Source of the DNA: Escherichia phage vB_EcoM_PHB13
Sequence record: MK573636
Reading direction: 5' to 3' (one strand)
DNA length: 64,000 nt
Below, piece by piece: positions 1-9,910 of the stretch. Numbering within the stretch: the stretch's first letter is position 1; each line of letters opens with the position of its first letter. The notes below the pieces were generated by a model. The model made no database searches. It was not told the DNA's origin and saw nothing but the letters and a program-made list of their open reading frames with translations. The translations under genes and the position numbers were made by a program.

Positions 1-975
1 AGATTCACGCATTACCGGAGCAAGTTCACGAATACGTTCGATTGATTCAGGATCACCACCACCATCTGCACCGACATAATCACGATCATTTGTCGGATTC
101 TCAATAATTTTAACAATAGAGATAGATGCAAGGGTATCCGCGTATGTGAAATTGACAGATCCGTTTGCTTCCGCGCCTTTAGTGCTAATATATTCAATTA
201 CGATATTAGCACCAGTTGACGGCTTAAGTCCACCAATATAATTTGCTTCCAGTGCACCGCCAGCAGCAGATAAAGTTGATTCACCCTCACCAAAGAAAAT
301 TTCAGTATGTCCGTCTACGGTTTCACGCATATAGAAAATATTACTAGCGCCAGTTGCATTAACAATACTTTCTCGCGTCCAGTCTTTCCATTCAGCACCG
401 TCTACCCACAACTTAACCTGAGCGCGGTCAATATCAGGATCGCGGATCAGAATTTGTTTCTTCGGATTAAATAACATCTCTGTACGAACGATACGACCTT
501 GTGCGACTTTAAGCATAGGCGTATATAAACCATTTGAACCCAAAACGCTTACAACATCCTCGGTAGTAACAAACGGGTAAGAAGTCTGGCGATCCACACT
601 TGCAATAAATTTAGTTCCTCGTGGGATTCGAATACTTGCCGGATTTCGTGGATGTGATACGTGCAACATAATAGTAGTTGATGCACTAGTTTTACTCGCT
701 GGCAAATATCCTAAATCTTGCGCGGCTTGAACAACTGAACTACGCTTAATTGCCGTTCTGATAAAAGATTCATATAGCGCGGCGTTAGCGAATTGCTGAA
801 TATACAGAGTGTTATATGCGAGCAAGTCCATCAATACGTTAATACCAGCACCATTAAAATCAAAATCTTTAAATTCTTCCTGGTTTCTCATCCAGTCTGT
901 TAATGCGCTTTTAATTTCATCGAATGTAGCAGCATTAAAAATATCAGGAATTTGTGTAATCTTTTGCTTTGTCAT
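1..975 (-). CDS. 6: baseplate wedge subunit gp6, N-terminal ~325 aa (gene runs off the window start)
   Basis: Reverse-complement translation from the ATG at ~975 ([13 protein letters not shown]...[12 protein letters not shown]...SSVVQAAQD...) stays open to the window edge and resembles the conserved N-terminus of T4 gp6. ATGA overlap with the 5.4 stop; synteny 53-5-5.1-5.4-6. Absent from the ORF track because it is truncated. Confidence 0.75.
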   Translation of the reverse strand, partial: MTKQKITQIPDIFNAATFDEIKSALTDWMRNQEEFKDFDFNGAGINVLMDLLAYNTLYIQQFANAALYESFIRTAIKRSSVVQAAQDLGYLPASKTSASTTIMLHVSHPRNPASIRIPRGTKFIASVDRQTSYPFVTTEDVVSVLGSNGLYTPMLKVAQGRIVRTEMLFNPKKQILIRDPDIDRAQVKLWVDGAEWKDWTRESIVNATGASNIFYMRETVDGHTEIFFGEGESTLSAAGGALEANYIGGLKPSTGANIVIEYISTKGAEANGSVNFTYADTLASISIVKIIENPTNDRDYVGADGGGDPESIERIRELAPVMRES

Positions 976-1265
976 TTTATAAACACCTTCGGTGATGCCA
1001 TAGCGACGGTATCGCCACAGCTAATACGATCTGCCATTTGAATTGCTTTCTTTCCGGTAACAAATACTTTCGGGGTACTGGCGACCGTAGTTCCCCCGTG
1101 TGTATCATAAGGTTTTGTTGTTCTTGTATGTGGGGTAATAGAATCACCTTCTACTAATACAGGGATACCCTCAACAAATACCTTAGATTGAGTTGCATTA
1201 ATTACCGTAGGTGGGTAGTTTCCGTGCCCTGTAGTTTTAGCTTTATCGTAGGATAATCCAGCCAT
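972..1265 (-). CDS. 5.4: PAAR-repeat spike tip protein gp5.4
   Basis: 97 aa, same size as T4 gp5.4; immediately downstream of gp5/gp5.1; start overlaps the 5.1 stop. Confidence 0.8.
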   Translation of the reverse strand: MAGLSYDKAKTTGHGNYPPTVINATQSKVFVEGIPVLVEGDSITPHTRTTKPYDTHGGTTVASTPKVFVTGKKAIQMADRISCGDTVAMASPKVFIK

Positions 1266-1831
1266 TAAACACCCCTATGTACATAATCTCTTAGTTGCTG
1301 CGCCCACACATCCCAATTTCCAAAAACGGTTTGAGTATAAACTTTCTCTATTGTGTGCTCGGTTACTACCGGAGGAGGATTAGTTTCACCAGCACCCTCT
1401 CGGCTATTGGAACCACCACTATTTCCTTCACCAGAACCACCAGAAGACTCTGAAACAGATTGGATATAGGTTAGGGTTACTTTATAAGTATAAACCTCCT
1501 GTAGACGTGTAGGAGCGTTAAAATAATATAGATCTGCGGTAGTTGGATCTGGTAAATCATCAAAACTTCCGGCAGATTTTTTAATTCTATCTTTCGTTAT
1601 ATATTTAAGAGAATCCGCGCCAAGCGAAAAACTATCCCGATACTCACCAGATATTTTAGTTTCTTCAACGGTAACGCCCTTATTAGGGCGATACTCGCTG
1701 ATCTTAAACTCTTTAATCGTGTATGTGGTATTTGCATCCGGTGGCGTTGCTTTATAAGAGAACACCACCTCAAAGATTTCTCGCTCGCTGATATCCTCCA
1801 ATTTTGAACTCATCGGAAGAATTTCAACCAT
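1265..1831 (-). CDS. 5.1: baseplate-associated conserved protein gp5.1
   Basis: 188 aa ORF between gp5 and gp5.4 in the late baseplate operon; Gly/Ser-rich central segment. Confidence 0.55.
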   Translation of the reverse strand: MVEILPMSSKLEDISEREIFEVVFSYKATPPDANTTYTIKEFKISEYRPNKGVTVEETKISGEYRDSFSLGADSLKYITKDRIKKSAGSFDDLPDPTTADLYYFNAPTRLQEVYTYKVTLTYIQSVSESSGGSGEGNSGGSNSREGAGETNPPPVVTEHTIEKVYTQTVFGNWDVWAQQLRDYVHRGV

Positions 1832-1839
1832 TAGTTACC

Positions 1840-3639
1840 TCACCCAAGATCAATACGGCTACCATCAATTTTAACTGTACCAGATGCAATATCTTTAACG
1901 CTTGCACCACAATTACGGGACCAGTCACCATTAACCTGGTCTGATTTAGTGCCATTGACGGTCATATTAAAATTACCCTCAACGGTTAAATCATAGTTAC
2001 CTTTAATTGTTTCGGTAGTGTTACCCTCGATCATTAATTCAGCATTACCCTTGACGTTAGCCGTCAAATTGGCGTCAAGCTGCGCGGTAACATCACCTAC
2101 AACATGCATATTTGCAGTACCTTCAACGGTCTGATTAACATTGCCACGAATAAATTCAGTGACGTTACCATCAACGGTTTGCATCACATTACCCATATAA
2201 TAAACTTGCGCGTCACCTTCAACAACAACTTGCAGATTTCCTTTAACGTTGACTTTGCGACCTTGCTTAACGATCAAATAATCATCACCTTCAATCTTTT
2301 CTACCCTCGTTCCGTCCGGTCTGGTTTCTTCAAATGTACCAGAAGGATGTTTACGATGATAACGCTCGTGAGAAGGAGTATCATCAATCTCGATAATATG
2401 ACCGCTCTCTGACTCGTACACATGGTTATATGGATACCTTGCAGAATACGAACTCTTAGGCTCTTTAAACATGATTCGTGTGTCTTGTGGGGTAAACGGT
2501 GCTTCTGGGTCTTCTTCTGCTCTCTGCGTCTTATAGGCAGCAATACGGGCATTTCTCAAACGTGCTCGCGGATCATCCGAAATTGATTCCTCTTTCTTTG
2601 GAGCAATTACGCCATATGATTCTAAGTTACCAGTTAAAATAATTTTAGAAACACGGCTTGAACGTCCTGGAGTTTGGTTAGCCCATACCGATTGACGTAA
2701 TCCATCATAGGCTTGTTTCCATTCTTCCGCTAACATCGCAGCAAGACTATTCTTAAATTTACCCAATCCACCAACGCCCATTTGAAACGCCATATTTTCT
2801 AATGCCATACGACGAGAAGCATTACACTTATTATAGACAGGTGCAATTCGTGGATGTTTGCGCATATCACGACGAGTCTTTTCTATATCGTCAGCAAATA
2901 CTTTACTGACTTCTTCGGCTGTAAGTCTTCCGTTTGTAACTTCACGCCCTACCAGCTTAGAAAGTTCATTATTGATAATACCCAGATCACTGGTTTTCTT
3001 ATAAATGATCAAATGCCCGATTCCTATTGTCGGATATCCTTCTGAATCAAGATACCATTTCTCACGATATCCCTCATCGCCACGAAGCATTTTTTCTATT
3101 GTAAAATCAGGATTATCATCAACCGGAATTTGATCTAATGGCTCGTCGTCTGGATTTACTGCAACTCCAGTGTTTTCATCTCGAATATAGACACTATCAG
3201 GTTTTGTTGTTTGTCCGGTTTCTGGGTTAATACCGCCACGGGCAAGAATATTAACATCATTACCGATATAACGCGGATATGCACCGGAAGGGTCGCAAAA
3301 ACCTTCTGTAGTGAGTGGTTTCTCTGTATATTGTCCGGCAATAGTACCCAGAATAACGCAGTTTAAATAACGTTCATCTAAAGCCAAACCAAATACCATT
3401 GAACCTTCAACAATACCAGTAGGGCTTTGACCTATACCGGAGATCGCCGCGCTTGTAATATCTTGTACTGGCGTAATCCATAATAGATCTTCGGTTGGAA
3501 GACCTTGAATGTCACCGTGTGCGGATAGCGAAGGATGTATACCATGAATCCTAACCTGAACACGCCCCAGCATTAATGGGTCTTCCCTGTTTTCTACAAT
3601 TCCGGTAAACCATTTAACGGAGTTATTAAACATTAGCAT
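1840..3639 (-). CDS. 5: baseplate central spike / tail lysozyme gp5
   Basis: 599 aa. Central T4-lysozyme-like domain (...MLRGDEGYREKWYLDSEGYPTIGIGHLI...) and C-terminal beta-helix repeats (VxGNxxxxV repeated many times) are typical of the T4 cell-puncturing device. Confidence 0.9.
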   Translation of the reverse strand: MLMFNNSVKWFTGIVENREDPLMLGRVQVRIHGIHPSLSAHGDIQGLPTEDLLWITPVQDITSAAISGIGQSPTGIVEGSMVFGLALDERYLNCVILGTIAGQYTEKPLTTEGFCDPSGAYPRYIGNDVNILARGGINPETGQTTKPDSVYIRDENTGVAVNPDDEPLDQIPVDDNPDFTIEKMLRGDEGYREKWYLDSEGYPTIGIGHLIIYKKTSDLGIINNELSKLVGREVTNGRLTAEEVSKVFADDIEKTRRDMRKHPRIAPVYNKCNASRRMALENMAFQMGVGGLGKFKNSLAAMLAEEWKQAYDGLRQSVWANQTPGRSSRVSKIILTGNLESYGVIAPKKEESISDDPRARLRNARIAAYKTQRAEEDPEAPFTPQDTRIMFKEPKSSYSARYPYNHVYESESGHIIEIDDTPSHERYHRKHPSGTFEETRPDGTRVEKIEGDDYLIVKQGRKVNVKGNLQVVVEGDAQVYYMGNVMQTVDGNVTEFIRGNVNQTVEGTANMHVVGDVTAQLDANLTANVKGNAELMIEGNTTETIKGNYDLTVEGNFNMTVNGTKSDQVNGDWSRNCGASVKDIASGTVKIDGSRIDLG

Positions 3640-3650
3640 AATTAATCACC

Positions 3651-4205
3651 TTACACATCAGCCTTTTCCATTTCTCGAATGAATGCGTTAATAAATTGTT
3701 TAATTTGTGTAGGATCTATGATCTTGATCTTGCGTCGTTCCTCATTACGGAGGATCGCATCTTCCAGTGTGTCTACTGCCGATAATGCACCTTGAAACTG
3801 CAAATGACGATGATGAATATCCCCTTTATCATACCAGTTGCTTGATCCTTTCGGATATTCGGTAAGATTCCAATACTTGTTTCCGTCAATATCAACGTGG
3901 TATAATACTTGATTTCCTCCTACATTTGCATATCGTTGTTCGGCTGATTCATATGCTGTCTCTTGATCGGTGATCCAGTCATGAAACGGATCGTATACGT
4001 CATTAAGCATCAGCAAGATCCAATAAAGTTGCTGGTTTCCGTATACTTCATATGCAACTTGTTCCGGTCGTGGACTACCTTGAATGTAATATGTTTGTAT
4101 GTTATAATCAGAAATTATTGCGTTGAAATATGCGCGGTAATTGCGCACAATGTCAGTAATCATCTTGCCGTTGTATTCTATGGCAGGGAAGAAAGAAAAG
4201 AGCAT
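3651..4205 (-). CDS. 53: baseplate wedge subunit gp53
   Basis: 184 aa, first gene of the minus-strand late operon upstream of gp5; size and position match T4 gp53; late promoter motif just upstream. Confidence 0.75.
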   Translation of the reverse strand: MLFSFFPAIEYNGKMITDIVRNYRAYFNAIISDYNIQTYYIQGSPRPEQVAYEVYGNQQLYWILLMLNDVYDPFHDWITDQETAYESAEQRYANVGGNQVLYHVDIDGNKYWNLTEYPKGSSNWYDKGDIHHRHLQFQGALSAVDTLEDAILRNEERRKIKIIDPTQIKQFINAFIREMEKADV

Positions 4206-4237
4206 TTTATCACCCTCAATTGATAAATAGTATTATG

Positions 4238-4245
4238 TATTTATA
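4238..4245 (-). promoter_or_regulatory. T4-type late promoter (TATAAATA on the minus strand) for the 53-5-5.1-5.4-6 operon
   Basis: Plus-strand TATTTATA, i.e. TATAAATA on the minus strand, about 33 bp upstream of the gene 53 start, with a GAGGGTG Shine-Dalgarno between them. Confidence 0.5.
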
Positions 4246-4260
4246 ATAAAGGGTGCTAAA

Positions 4261-4734
4261 ATGGGAGGATCTAACACTTATAAGGGCAAGTATGTTCCTG
4301 AGAATAAGGAAAAATATAAAGGGGATATACGGAAAATCACATACCGTTCAAGCTGGGAATTGCATGTTTTTAAATGGTGTGACCGTAATCCTCATGTGGT
4401 TAAATGGGGGTCTGAGACCGTTGTAATTCCTTACAATTCATCAACAGACGGTAAGCGTCACAGATATTTTGTTGATGTTTATGTTAAGTTTGATGATGGA
4501 AAAGAGCATTTATGGGAAATTAAGCCAGCCAAAGAGACTAGACCACCAGAAAAGCCAAAGCGATTAACGACTAAAACAAAGCAGCGTTATATGATGGAGG
4601 CTTGGACGTGGACGAAAAATACCGAAAAGTGGGCAGCGGCAGTAGCATTGTGTAAAAAACATAATATGGAATTTAAAATCATAACCGAACACACATTAAA
4701 AAAGGTGTTCGGTTTTAAAGGTTTAAATAAGTGA
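4261..4734 (+). CDS. 4: head completion protein gp4
   Basis: 157 aa, divergent from gene 53 as in T4; contains ...ITYRSSWELHVFKWCDRNPHV... region; size matches T4 gp4 (150 aa). Confidence 0.75.
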   Translation: MGGSNTYKGKYVPENKEKYKGDIRKITYRSSWELHVFKWCDRNPHVVKWGSETVVIPYNSSTDGKRHRYFVDVYVKFDDGKEHLWEIKPAKETRPPEKPKRLTTKTKQRYMMEAWTWTKNTEKWAAAVALCKKHNMEFKIITEHTLKKVFGFKGLNK

Positions 4735-5745
4735 GTTCTTAAAGTCTTTTACTATAGTTTGATAGCATTGGTCGGGATACCCATTCTCGACCGCTATTTT
4801 TCTTGTTTTTCTATCGCTAGGCATACCATGTTCTTTCCACAGCTTATATATTTCGTCATAATATACCCAGACACCAGAATTTTTTCTGGGATTTAATTTT
4901 ATTAGGTCGTTTCCATTCTCCTTTATGTACTTATTTTTCATTTCTTTAACGATGTAATCATATGACCTATCTGGGTATCCACGTTTAATGGCCTCGCGCT
5001 TGAATACATATTGACCCGGCATATTCAGATCAATCCATAATGCATATAACTCATCAAATTTCCCCCATGTTTCTTTCGGTTTTTGTGAATCTGAAAGTAG
5101 TTTGGCGATTCTTTGTTTTTCTTCGTCTGACTTTGAGTTTATAGTTTGTAGAAGCCTTTCTCTTCGTAATTTAAGTTTTTCCTCTGATCTATTACTTAAC
5201 GCCTTTGATATTTTCTTTCCACGTTCTTTATACTTTCTTTCTCGTTCTTCATCGCTCAAGTTTCTAAAATGTTCTTTAACGGAATCAGTTCTTTTCTTAT
5301 GGCGACGTTTTAATTCTTCTTCATCAAGAGAAGCCATGAAACGTTTTTGTGATTCCGACATTTTCAGTCTAGATTCTTCCGTGTATACATGTTTTCGCTT
5401 TGCCTCTTCTGATATACCAGCAAGTTTCAACACAATATCTTCTGGCAATTCCTTCATAATATCAATTCTGGTATTAAACATCATAACAACAGACTTCCAA
5501 ATGGAATTTGTTGCTTTACTGAAATAGTAGTGTGCCATCATATGACGAACGGTGTTCAAGTGAACAGCATTAAAATCATGAATTTTAAGGTCTTCATATT
5601 CCTTCCAAATTGATTTTGGTAGAATATGATGCCTCTCTAATTCCCCATCCTTATCTGGGTTTTCACAAATTTCTAGATACTTTTCTAAATACTTGATATC
5701 TGCATTCGGAAACTGCATCAAAATTTTGTTCTTAATATCTTGCAT
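4723..5745 (-). CDS. free-standing HNH homing endonuclease (seg/mob-like)
   Basis: 340 aa. N-terminal His-Asn-His arrangement (ERHHILPKS...NAVHLNTVRHMMAH); C-terminal half carries two copies of a GYPD(R/Q)xY..IVK(E/D)xKN module consistent with a duplicated DNA-binding domain. Opposite strand, inserted between conserved genes 4 and 2. Confidence 0.5.
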   Translation of the reverse strand: MQDIKNKILMQFPNADIKYLEKYLEICENPDKDGELERHHILPKSIWKEYEDLKIHDFNAVHLNTVRHMMAHYYFSKATNSIWKSVVMMFNTRIDIMKELPEDIVLKLAGISEEAKRKHVYTEESRLKMSESQKRFMASLDEEELKRRHKKRTDSVKEHFRNLSDEERERKYKERGKKISKALSNRSEEKLKLRRERLLQTINSKSDEEKQRIAKLLSDSQKPKETWGKFDELYALWIDLNMPGQYVFKREAIKRGYPDRSYDYIVKEMKNKYIKENGNDLIKLNPRKNSGVWVYYDEIYKLWKEHGMPSDRKTRKIAVENGYPDQCYQTIVKDFKNSLI

Positions 5746-5871
5746 CTAATGTTCCTCCTGTGTTATAATGATATTTATCAACAAGTATCGCTGTTTATTT
5801 TCGTCTGCATTTTAGCAATAGCAAAGAGGATTGTCAAGTGTGTAACAAACATAAACATAGAGGATAATATT

Positions 5872-6693
5872 ATGAGCGTATTTGAAATAATCACCGAAGA
5901 CGAAAAGCCGTCTCCCCAAAAACGAAAGTCTAAACAGTGGGTCGAATTGGGTGTAGAATTTGCGAAGGCAAAAGCCAAAGGCATGACAGCTAAAGCATTT
6001 GCAGATTCTAAGGGAATAGCCTATGCGACTTTCACTAAAAGTATGTCTCGTTATGCAAGCGAAATTAAAACAGCAATAGAAGTTGAAAAACTAAAAGGGA
6101 AAGGTGCAAAGGGTCTCAATAAGCAGCAACGCGCAATGATGATGATTAATGATTTTCGTGCGTCTATGCGTGCTGTATCAAAGAGTCGTCCTAAAGAAAA
6201 ATCACAAGAGTGGTTTACTAAAACAATAAAATCGGGAATAAAGGGACACCAGATTGTAAAACCGCAAGTAGGGCGAATCTATACCTTTATGTATGATGCG
6301 AAGTATAAAGACACTTTGCCATATTGGGATGTTTTCCCGCTGATCATTTGTCTGGGTGATTCTAAGACAAAGGCGGGTAATACTGTAATGCTGGGTCTTA
6401 ACTTACACTATGTAACGCCTAAAGCCCGTCAGCAGTTTTTAGAGGCACTTTTAAAGCAATATGCATCTACTCCTACCTTGAGTAATAAAACACGCTTAAA
6501 AATCAAATGGAGCGATGTAAAAGGTATGCGTGGAAGTGATCACATGATCAAAGCATATCTACCGGGACACATTAAAACAAAACTTGTTGAGATTAGCCCG
6601 AAAGATTGGTCGAATATCATCTATATGCCAACATATCAGTTTATGTCAAAAGGCAAGAAATACGACGCAAGGAAAGTCTGGAAGGATGCATAA
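5872..6693 (+). CDS. 2: DNA end protector protein gp2
   Basis: 273 aa from the ATG at 5872 (SD AGAGGATAATATT-ATG); the ORF-track start at 5740 lies in the promoter region. Size and synteny (4-2-3-1) match T4 gp2. Confidence 0.8.
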   Translation: MSVFEIITEDEKPSPQKRKSKQWVELGVEFAKAKAKGMTAKAFADSKGIAYATFTKSMSRYASEIKTAIEVEKLKGKGAKGLNKQQRAMMMINDFRASMRAVSKSRPKEKSQEWFTKTIKSGIKGHQIVKPQVGRIYTFMYDAKYKDTLPYWDVFPLIICLGDSKTKAGNTVMLGLNLHYVTPKARQQFLEALLKQYASTPTLSNKTRLKIKWSDVKGMRGSDHMIKAYLPGHIKTKLVEISPKDWSNIIYMPTYQFMSKGKKYDARKVWKDA

Positions 6694-6699
6694 GATTAA

Positions 6700-6722
6700 G
6701 CCCGTCAATGACGGGCTTTTTA
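6700..6722 (+). terminator. intrinsic terminator after gene 2
   Basis: GCCCGTCAATGACGGGC hairpin followed by a T-tract. Confidence 0.6.
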
Positions 6723-6977
6723 TTATAGATCGATAGCATGAGCATAACCATGTAAGAAGTCTTTTAATTCTTCCTTATTGGTAACACGCTGTAAAATCTC
6801 TAATGCCTTGTCGCGATCACGTAATGCGCCTGAAAGGGATTTTATTTGGTCATCCCTTTCGGCAATCTGCTTAATCAGATCTGTATTGCATTTAGACAAA
6901 TAGAGAACTTCACCCCGCAATGTTGCTAATTCGTTATCCAAACGATCATAGAGTTTTAACAAAATGTCTTCTGTCAT
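6723..6977 (-). CDS. hypothetical coiled-coil protein
   Basis: 84 aa minus-strand ORF between genes 2 and 3; heptad-like charged sequence; no recognisable domain. Confidence 0.35.
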   Translation of the reverse strand: MTEDILLKLYDRLDNELATLRGEVLYLSKCNTDLIKQIAERDDQIKSLSGALRDRDKALEILQRVTNKEELKDFLHGYAHAIDL

Positions 6978-7166
6978 AAGAAGTCCTCGTATAGTACCCG
7001 TTTTATTTATTACTGTATAAAAATATAGTTATTGGTTAAAACATAACCAAAACGAAGAAAGATCTTTAGAATATAGAAAATTTGTTTCGGTTAAAAAGTA
7101 GTCAGTGCCTACGGCACGTCGCAAAGCGACAATTGTTAATAAATATTTTCATTTGAGGAATCGAAA

Positions 7167-7757
7167 ATGTCCAATCTCTTTAATTATGCTAACCCTAGTA
7201 ACTGGCAGATCAATATTCCAGATGGACAACTAACAAAAGGCTTTACTTTAAATGCTCAAGGTGTTACACTTCCGGCTATAACCATTCCACCGACTAAACA
7301 AGTTGCTGGTCAATATGGTTTGGCGGTCGCTGATTATCCTTCCAGTCATGTAGAGTTTGACCCGTTGGTAGTCCGGTTTATTGTCGATGAGCATTTGGAA
7401 AGCTATCTAAACCTTTACACATGGATGCTTTCTATAGTAGACTACAATAACGGTAACTCCACCGCGTGGAAGGATTCAATGCCGGAAGCCGTTCAAGTTC
7501 ACATGATGGACAACGAACGCCGTAACATTGTGTGCACTTTTAACTTTTATGGTTGTTGGTGTTCACAATTGGGGGAACTTGAGTTAACATACACCGATGA
7601 CATGCATGAATCTCTGGTGTGTACTGCAATTCTTCCATTTAAAACAATGAGCATTGAACGTGATGGTCAACTGATCGTTCCTCGCCCAGCAATTCAGGCG
7701 GCGGATCGTCAGCGAGTGGAAGGTATTAAAGCTATGCACCCTGCATTTAGAAAGTAA
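7167..7757 (+). CDS. 3: tail completion and sheath stabiliser gp3
   Basis: 196 aa; position between 2 and 1 as in T4. Confidence 0.7.
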   Translation: MSNLFNYANPSNWQINIPDGQLTKGFTLNAQGVTLPAITIPPTKQVAGQYGLAVADYPSSHVEFDPLVVRFIVDEHLESYLNLYTWMLSIVDYNNGNSTAWKDSMPEAVQVHMMDNERRNIVCTFNFYGCWCSQLGELELTYTDDMHESLVCTAILPFKTMSIERDGQLIVPRPAIQAADRQRVEGIKAMHPAFRK

Positions 7758-7772
7758 CAAGAGGCTTATATT

Positions 7773-8429
7773 ATGAAATTGATTGCACTTTGTGGTAAAA
7801 AGCGCGTAGGAAAAGACACTGCCGCGTTAATCATTGATGGACACAGTTATCAACTGGCAGCACCGATCAAAGAAATCTTATGCGAATGCCAACCAGACTT
7901 AGGTCTGACTTATCTTGACTTTGACGGGTTGGGGCGTGACAGAGAAGCCGATCTAGGTATTGATACATACACAGCGCATAAGTGGTTTATTCAGTGTCTG
8001 CTTATGCTAGATTCGAAGTATGGCGGTAGTTCCTTTACTTGTGATAGTCTGGCTGAGATTTACAAGGTCGTTAATGAGATCGGCGAAAAACATAATAACG
8101 TCTGGTCTATTCGTCTTATGTTAACCACTCTCGGTACTGACATAATGGTTAACTTGATTAATCCGCTTTATTGGTGTAATCTCTTCGTGAATGAGTTTAT
8201 GAAGCGCAAAAGTGAAGAAGGGTATTTTGTAGTAGTTGATGTGCGTCAGCCTATTGAAATTGCTCTCATGCGTACTATGGGTGCTAAGGTGTTGCATATT
8301 CAGCGTGATACCGGTATTGTATCGACTCACTCCACCGAAAAAGGAATTTTGCCTATTGACGGTGAAACCATTATCATAAATAATGGTACATTAGAAGAAT
8401 TTGAAAGCGCGATTCTCGCGAACATTTAA
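7773..8429 (+). CDS. 1: deoxynucleoside monophosphate kinase gp1
   Basis: 218 aa; N-terminal P-loop (LCGKKRVGKDT) with the T4 gp1 pattern; synteny 3-1-57A. Confidence 0.8.
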   Translation: MKLIALCGKKRVGKDTAALIIDGHSYQLAAPIKEILCECQPDLGLTYLDFDGLGRDREADLGIDTYTAHKWFIQCLLMLDSKYGGSSFTCDSLAEIYKVVNEIGEKHNNVWSIRLMLTTLGTDIMVNLINPLYWCNLFVNEFMKRKSEEGYFVVVDVRQPIEIALMRTMGAKVLHIQRDTGIVSTHSTEKGILPIDGETIIINNGTLEEFESAILANI

Positions 8430-8461
8430 TAAAAAGTTATCAACAAGTAGGAGATGTGAAT

Positions 8462-8722
8462 ATGTCCAATCAGCATGAACAAATGATTAATGTCCTGAAA
8501 GTACGTCTGTTCGACACTCAAGAAAAAGCCGCATTCTTAGAAGGCCAACTGAAAGATCGTGAGCGTGTATTGATGGAACTGGTACGCATTCTGGGTATTC
8601 AGCCAGACGAAAACGGGACTGTTTCCCTTGATGCTATTGTCGAAGAAGTGAAAGCACTTCTCCCTAAAGACGAAGCAGCGGAAGACGCAGAAGAGGAAGT
8701 AGAACTGATCACGGAGGCTTGA
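8462..8722 (+). CDS. 57A: tail-fibre assembly chaperone gp57A
   Basis: About 86 aa, acidic coiled-coil protein after AGGAG SD; position after gene 1 as in T4. Confidence 0.65.
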   Translation: MSNQHEQMINVLKVRLFDTQEKAAFLEGQLKDRERVLMELVRILGIQPDENGTVSLDAIVEEVKALLPKDEAAEDAEEEVELITEA

Positions 8723-9189
8723 TTATGACCCCGTTTAGAGAATCCGTTAAAGGTACATATGCGGCGGTTAAATTCACTGAGGATACACTAGACCGCATTG
8801 AAAAATTGCAGGAGTTCTACGATCTGCCTAATGCCGTTCCTCGTGATAAACTGCATAGCACTATCTTATATTCTCGTGTCTATGTTCCGTTTATCCCAGA
8901 AGAAGGGGAGAAGTTCTTAGGCTCTCTATGCCATCTGAAAGTGTTTGAAACTCAATCCGGTACTAATGCTCTTGTGCTGGCATTTGAAAGCGACTACATG
9001 CAATTCAGACACGATATCGGCACTGCTTTAGGTGCGACGTGGGATTATCCTGAATATGTACCGCATATCACGCTTTCTTATGATGTTGGTGCGCGTAAAT
9101 TTGGCACTGACCTAGAGTTCGATTTAGAGATTGTCCGATCTCATGAGTATGTCGAAGATCTAGACCTGGAGTGGACGACCAAACTGTAA
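8719..9189 (+). CDS. 57B: gp57B-like protein, 2H phosphoesterase fold
   Basis: 156 aa with two H-x-T/S-x motifs (HSTI, HITL) characteristic of the 2H phosphoesterase superfamily; T4 57B position. Confidence 0.6.
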   Translation: MIMTPFRESVKGTYAAVKFTEDTLDRIEKLQEFYDLPNAVPRDKLHSTILYSRVYVPFIPEEGEKFLGSLCHLKVFETQSGTNALVLAFESDYMQFRHDIGTALGATWDYPEYVPHITLSYDVGARKFGTDLEFDLEIVRSHEYVEDLDLEWTTKL

Positions 9190-9196
9190 TTTTATA

Positions 9197-9226
9197 CCCC
9201 GAAAATTTTTCGGGGTTTTTTGTTTT
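9197..9226 (+). terminator. intrinsic terminator after 57B
   Basis: CCCCGAAAATTTTTCGGGG hairpin plus T-tract. Confidence 0.65.
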
Positions 9227-9232
9227 TAGTTG

Positions 9233-9261
9233 TTGACAACCATAAACGACTATAGCATAAT
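9233..9261 (+). promoter_or_regulatory. sigma70-type early promoter cassette (TTGACA-N17-CATAAT) with conserved leader
   Basis: TTGACA, 17-bp spacer, CATAAT, then leader ATCGAAACGAAACAC...AGGAGAATCAAA-ATG. Confidence 0.6.
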
Positions 9262-9298
9262 GCACATATCGAAACGAAACACACTTAGGAGAATCAAA

Positions 9299-9676
9299 AT
9301 GATGATGATGTTTAAAGATAAATTCGAATGTCACTACACCCGTAACTTTGACTTAGTATCCCGCTACTACATTCATAAAGAAACTGGTACGCAAGTAGTT
9401 CTTGAATCTCACAGCGAAGTAGGATTCGATTCAACAAAAGTAGCAATTAGTGCTCGCTTCTGGGATAACGGCAAATTTGCTTATATCGCTTGGAACGACG
9501 ACGAAAATGTAATTACAGTAGCTTTCGGTGATGACTACTACACTAAAAAGACTTTCGATAGTAAGCCATCAAATGAATACCTGAAAGCGTATGTGCAGCA
9601 CATGTTCCAACGTGTTCTGACCGGAATGGAAATCAATGTCATGAAAGACATTGTAGACGAAGTAAAATATTCTTAA
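9299..9676 (+). CDS. hypothetical early protein
   Basis: ATG 8 nt after the GGAG of the conserved leader; the ORF-track start at 9230 is a TTG inside the -35 element. Confidence 0.5.
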   Translation: MMMMFKDKFECHYTRNFDLVSRYYIHKETGTQVVLESHSEVGFDSTKVAISARFWDNGKFAYIAWNDDENVITVAFGDDYYTKKTFDSKPSNEYLKAYVQHMFQRVLTGMEINVMKDIVDEVKYS

Positions 9677-9682
9677 AAATAG

Positions 9683-9711
9683 TTGACAATATGAAACGGG
9701 GGTAGTAAGAT
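9683..9711 (+). promoter_or_regulatory. sigma70-type early promoter cassette
   Basis: TTGACA-N17-TAAGAT followed by the AAGGAGAATCAAA-ATG leader. Confidence 0.55.
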
Positions 9712-9742
9712 ACCACCACAAACAAACGAAAGGAGAATCAAA

Positions 9743-9901
9743 ATGAAATTTATCGGTAAAACTTTTATGTTCGTAGCTGGTACTCTGTTTACTGCAACTC
9801 TGTTAGCTGGTGGGTTGGATATCTTTACTACATTTGAAACTTTCGGGTATACTGTAGCATCGGGTGCTCTCTTCGGATTGGGTTTAGCGATTAGCAAATA
9901 A
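9743..9901 (+). CDS. small hydrophobic protein (52 aa)
   Basis: ORF below the ORF-track size cutoff, directly behind a promoter cassette with consensus SD; predicted single or double TM peptide. Confidence 0.4.
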   Translation: MKFIGKTFMFVAGTLFTATLLAGGLDIFTTFETFGYTVASGALFGLGLAISK

Positions 9902-9910
9902 GGTGATAAT

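Noticed and set aside
2104-3341. Antisense and alternative-frame ORFs inside gene 5 (2104-2412 +, 2301-2552 -, 2854-3045 +, 3156-3341 -)
   Set aside because: Fully embedded in a well-supported gene, with no SD and low-complexity composition; typical spurious ORFs.
5740-5871. N-terminal 44-codon extension of gene 2 in the ORF track
   Set aside because: The extension runs through the divergent intergenic/promoter region and lacks an SD; the ATG at 5872 has a good SD (AGAGGA) and gives the expected gp2 length.
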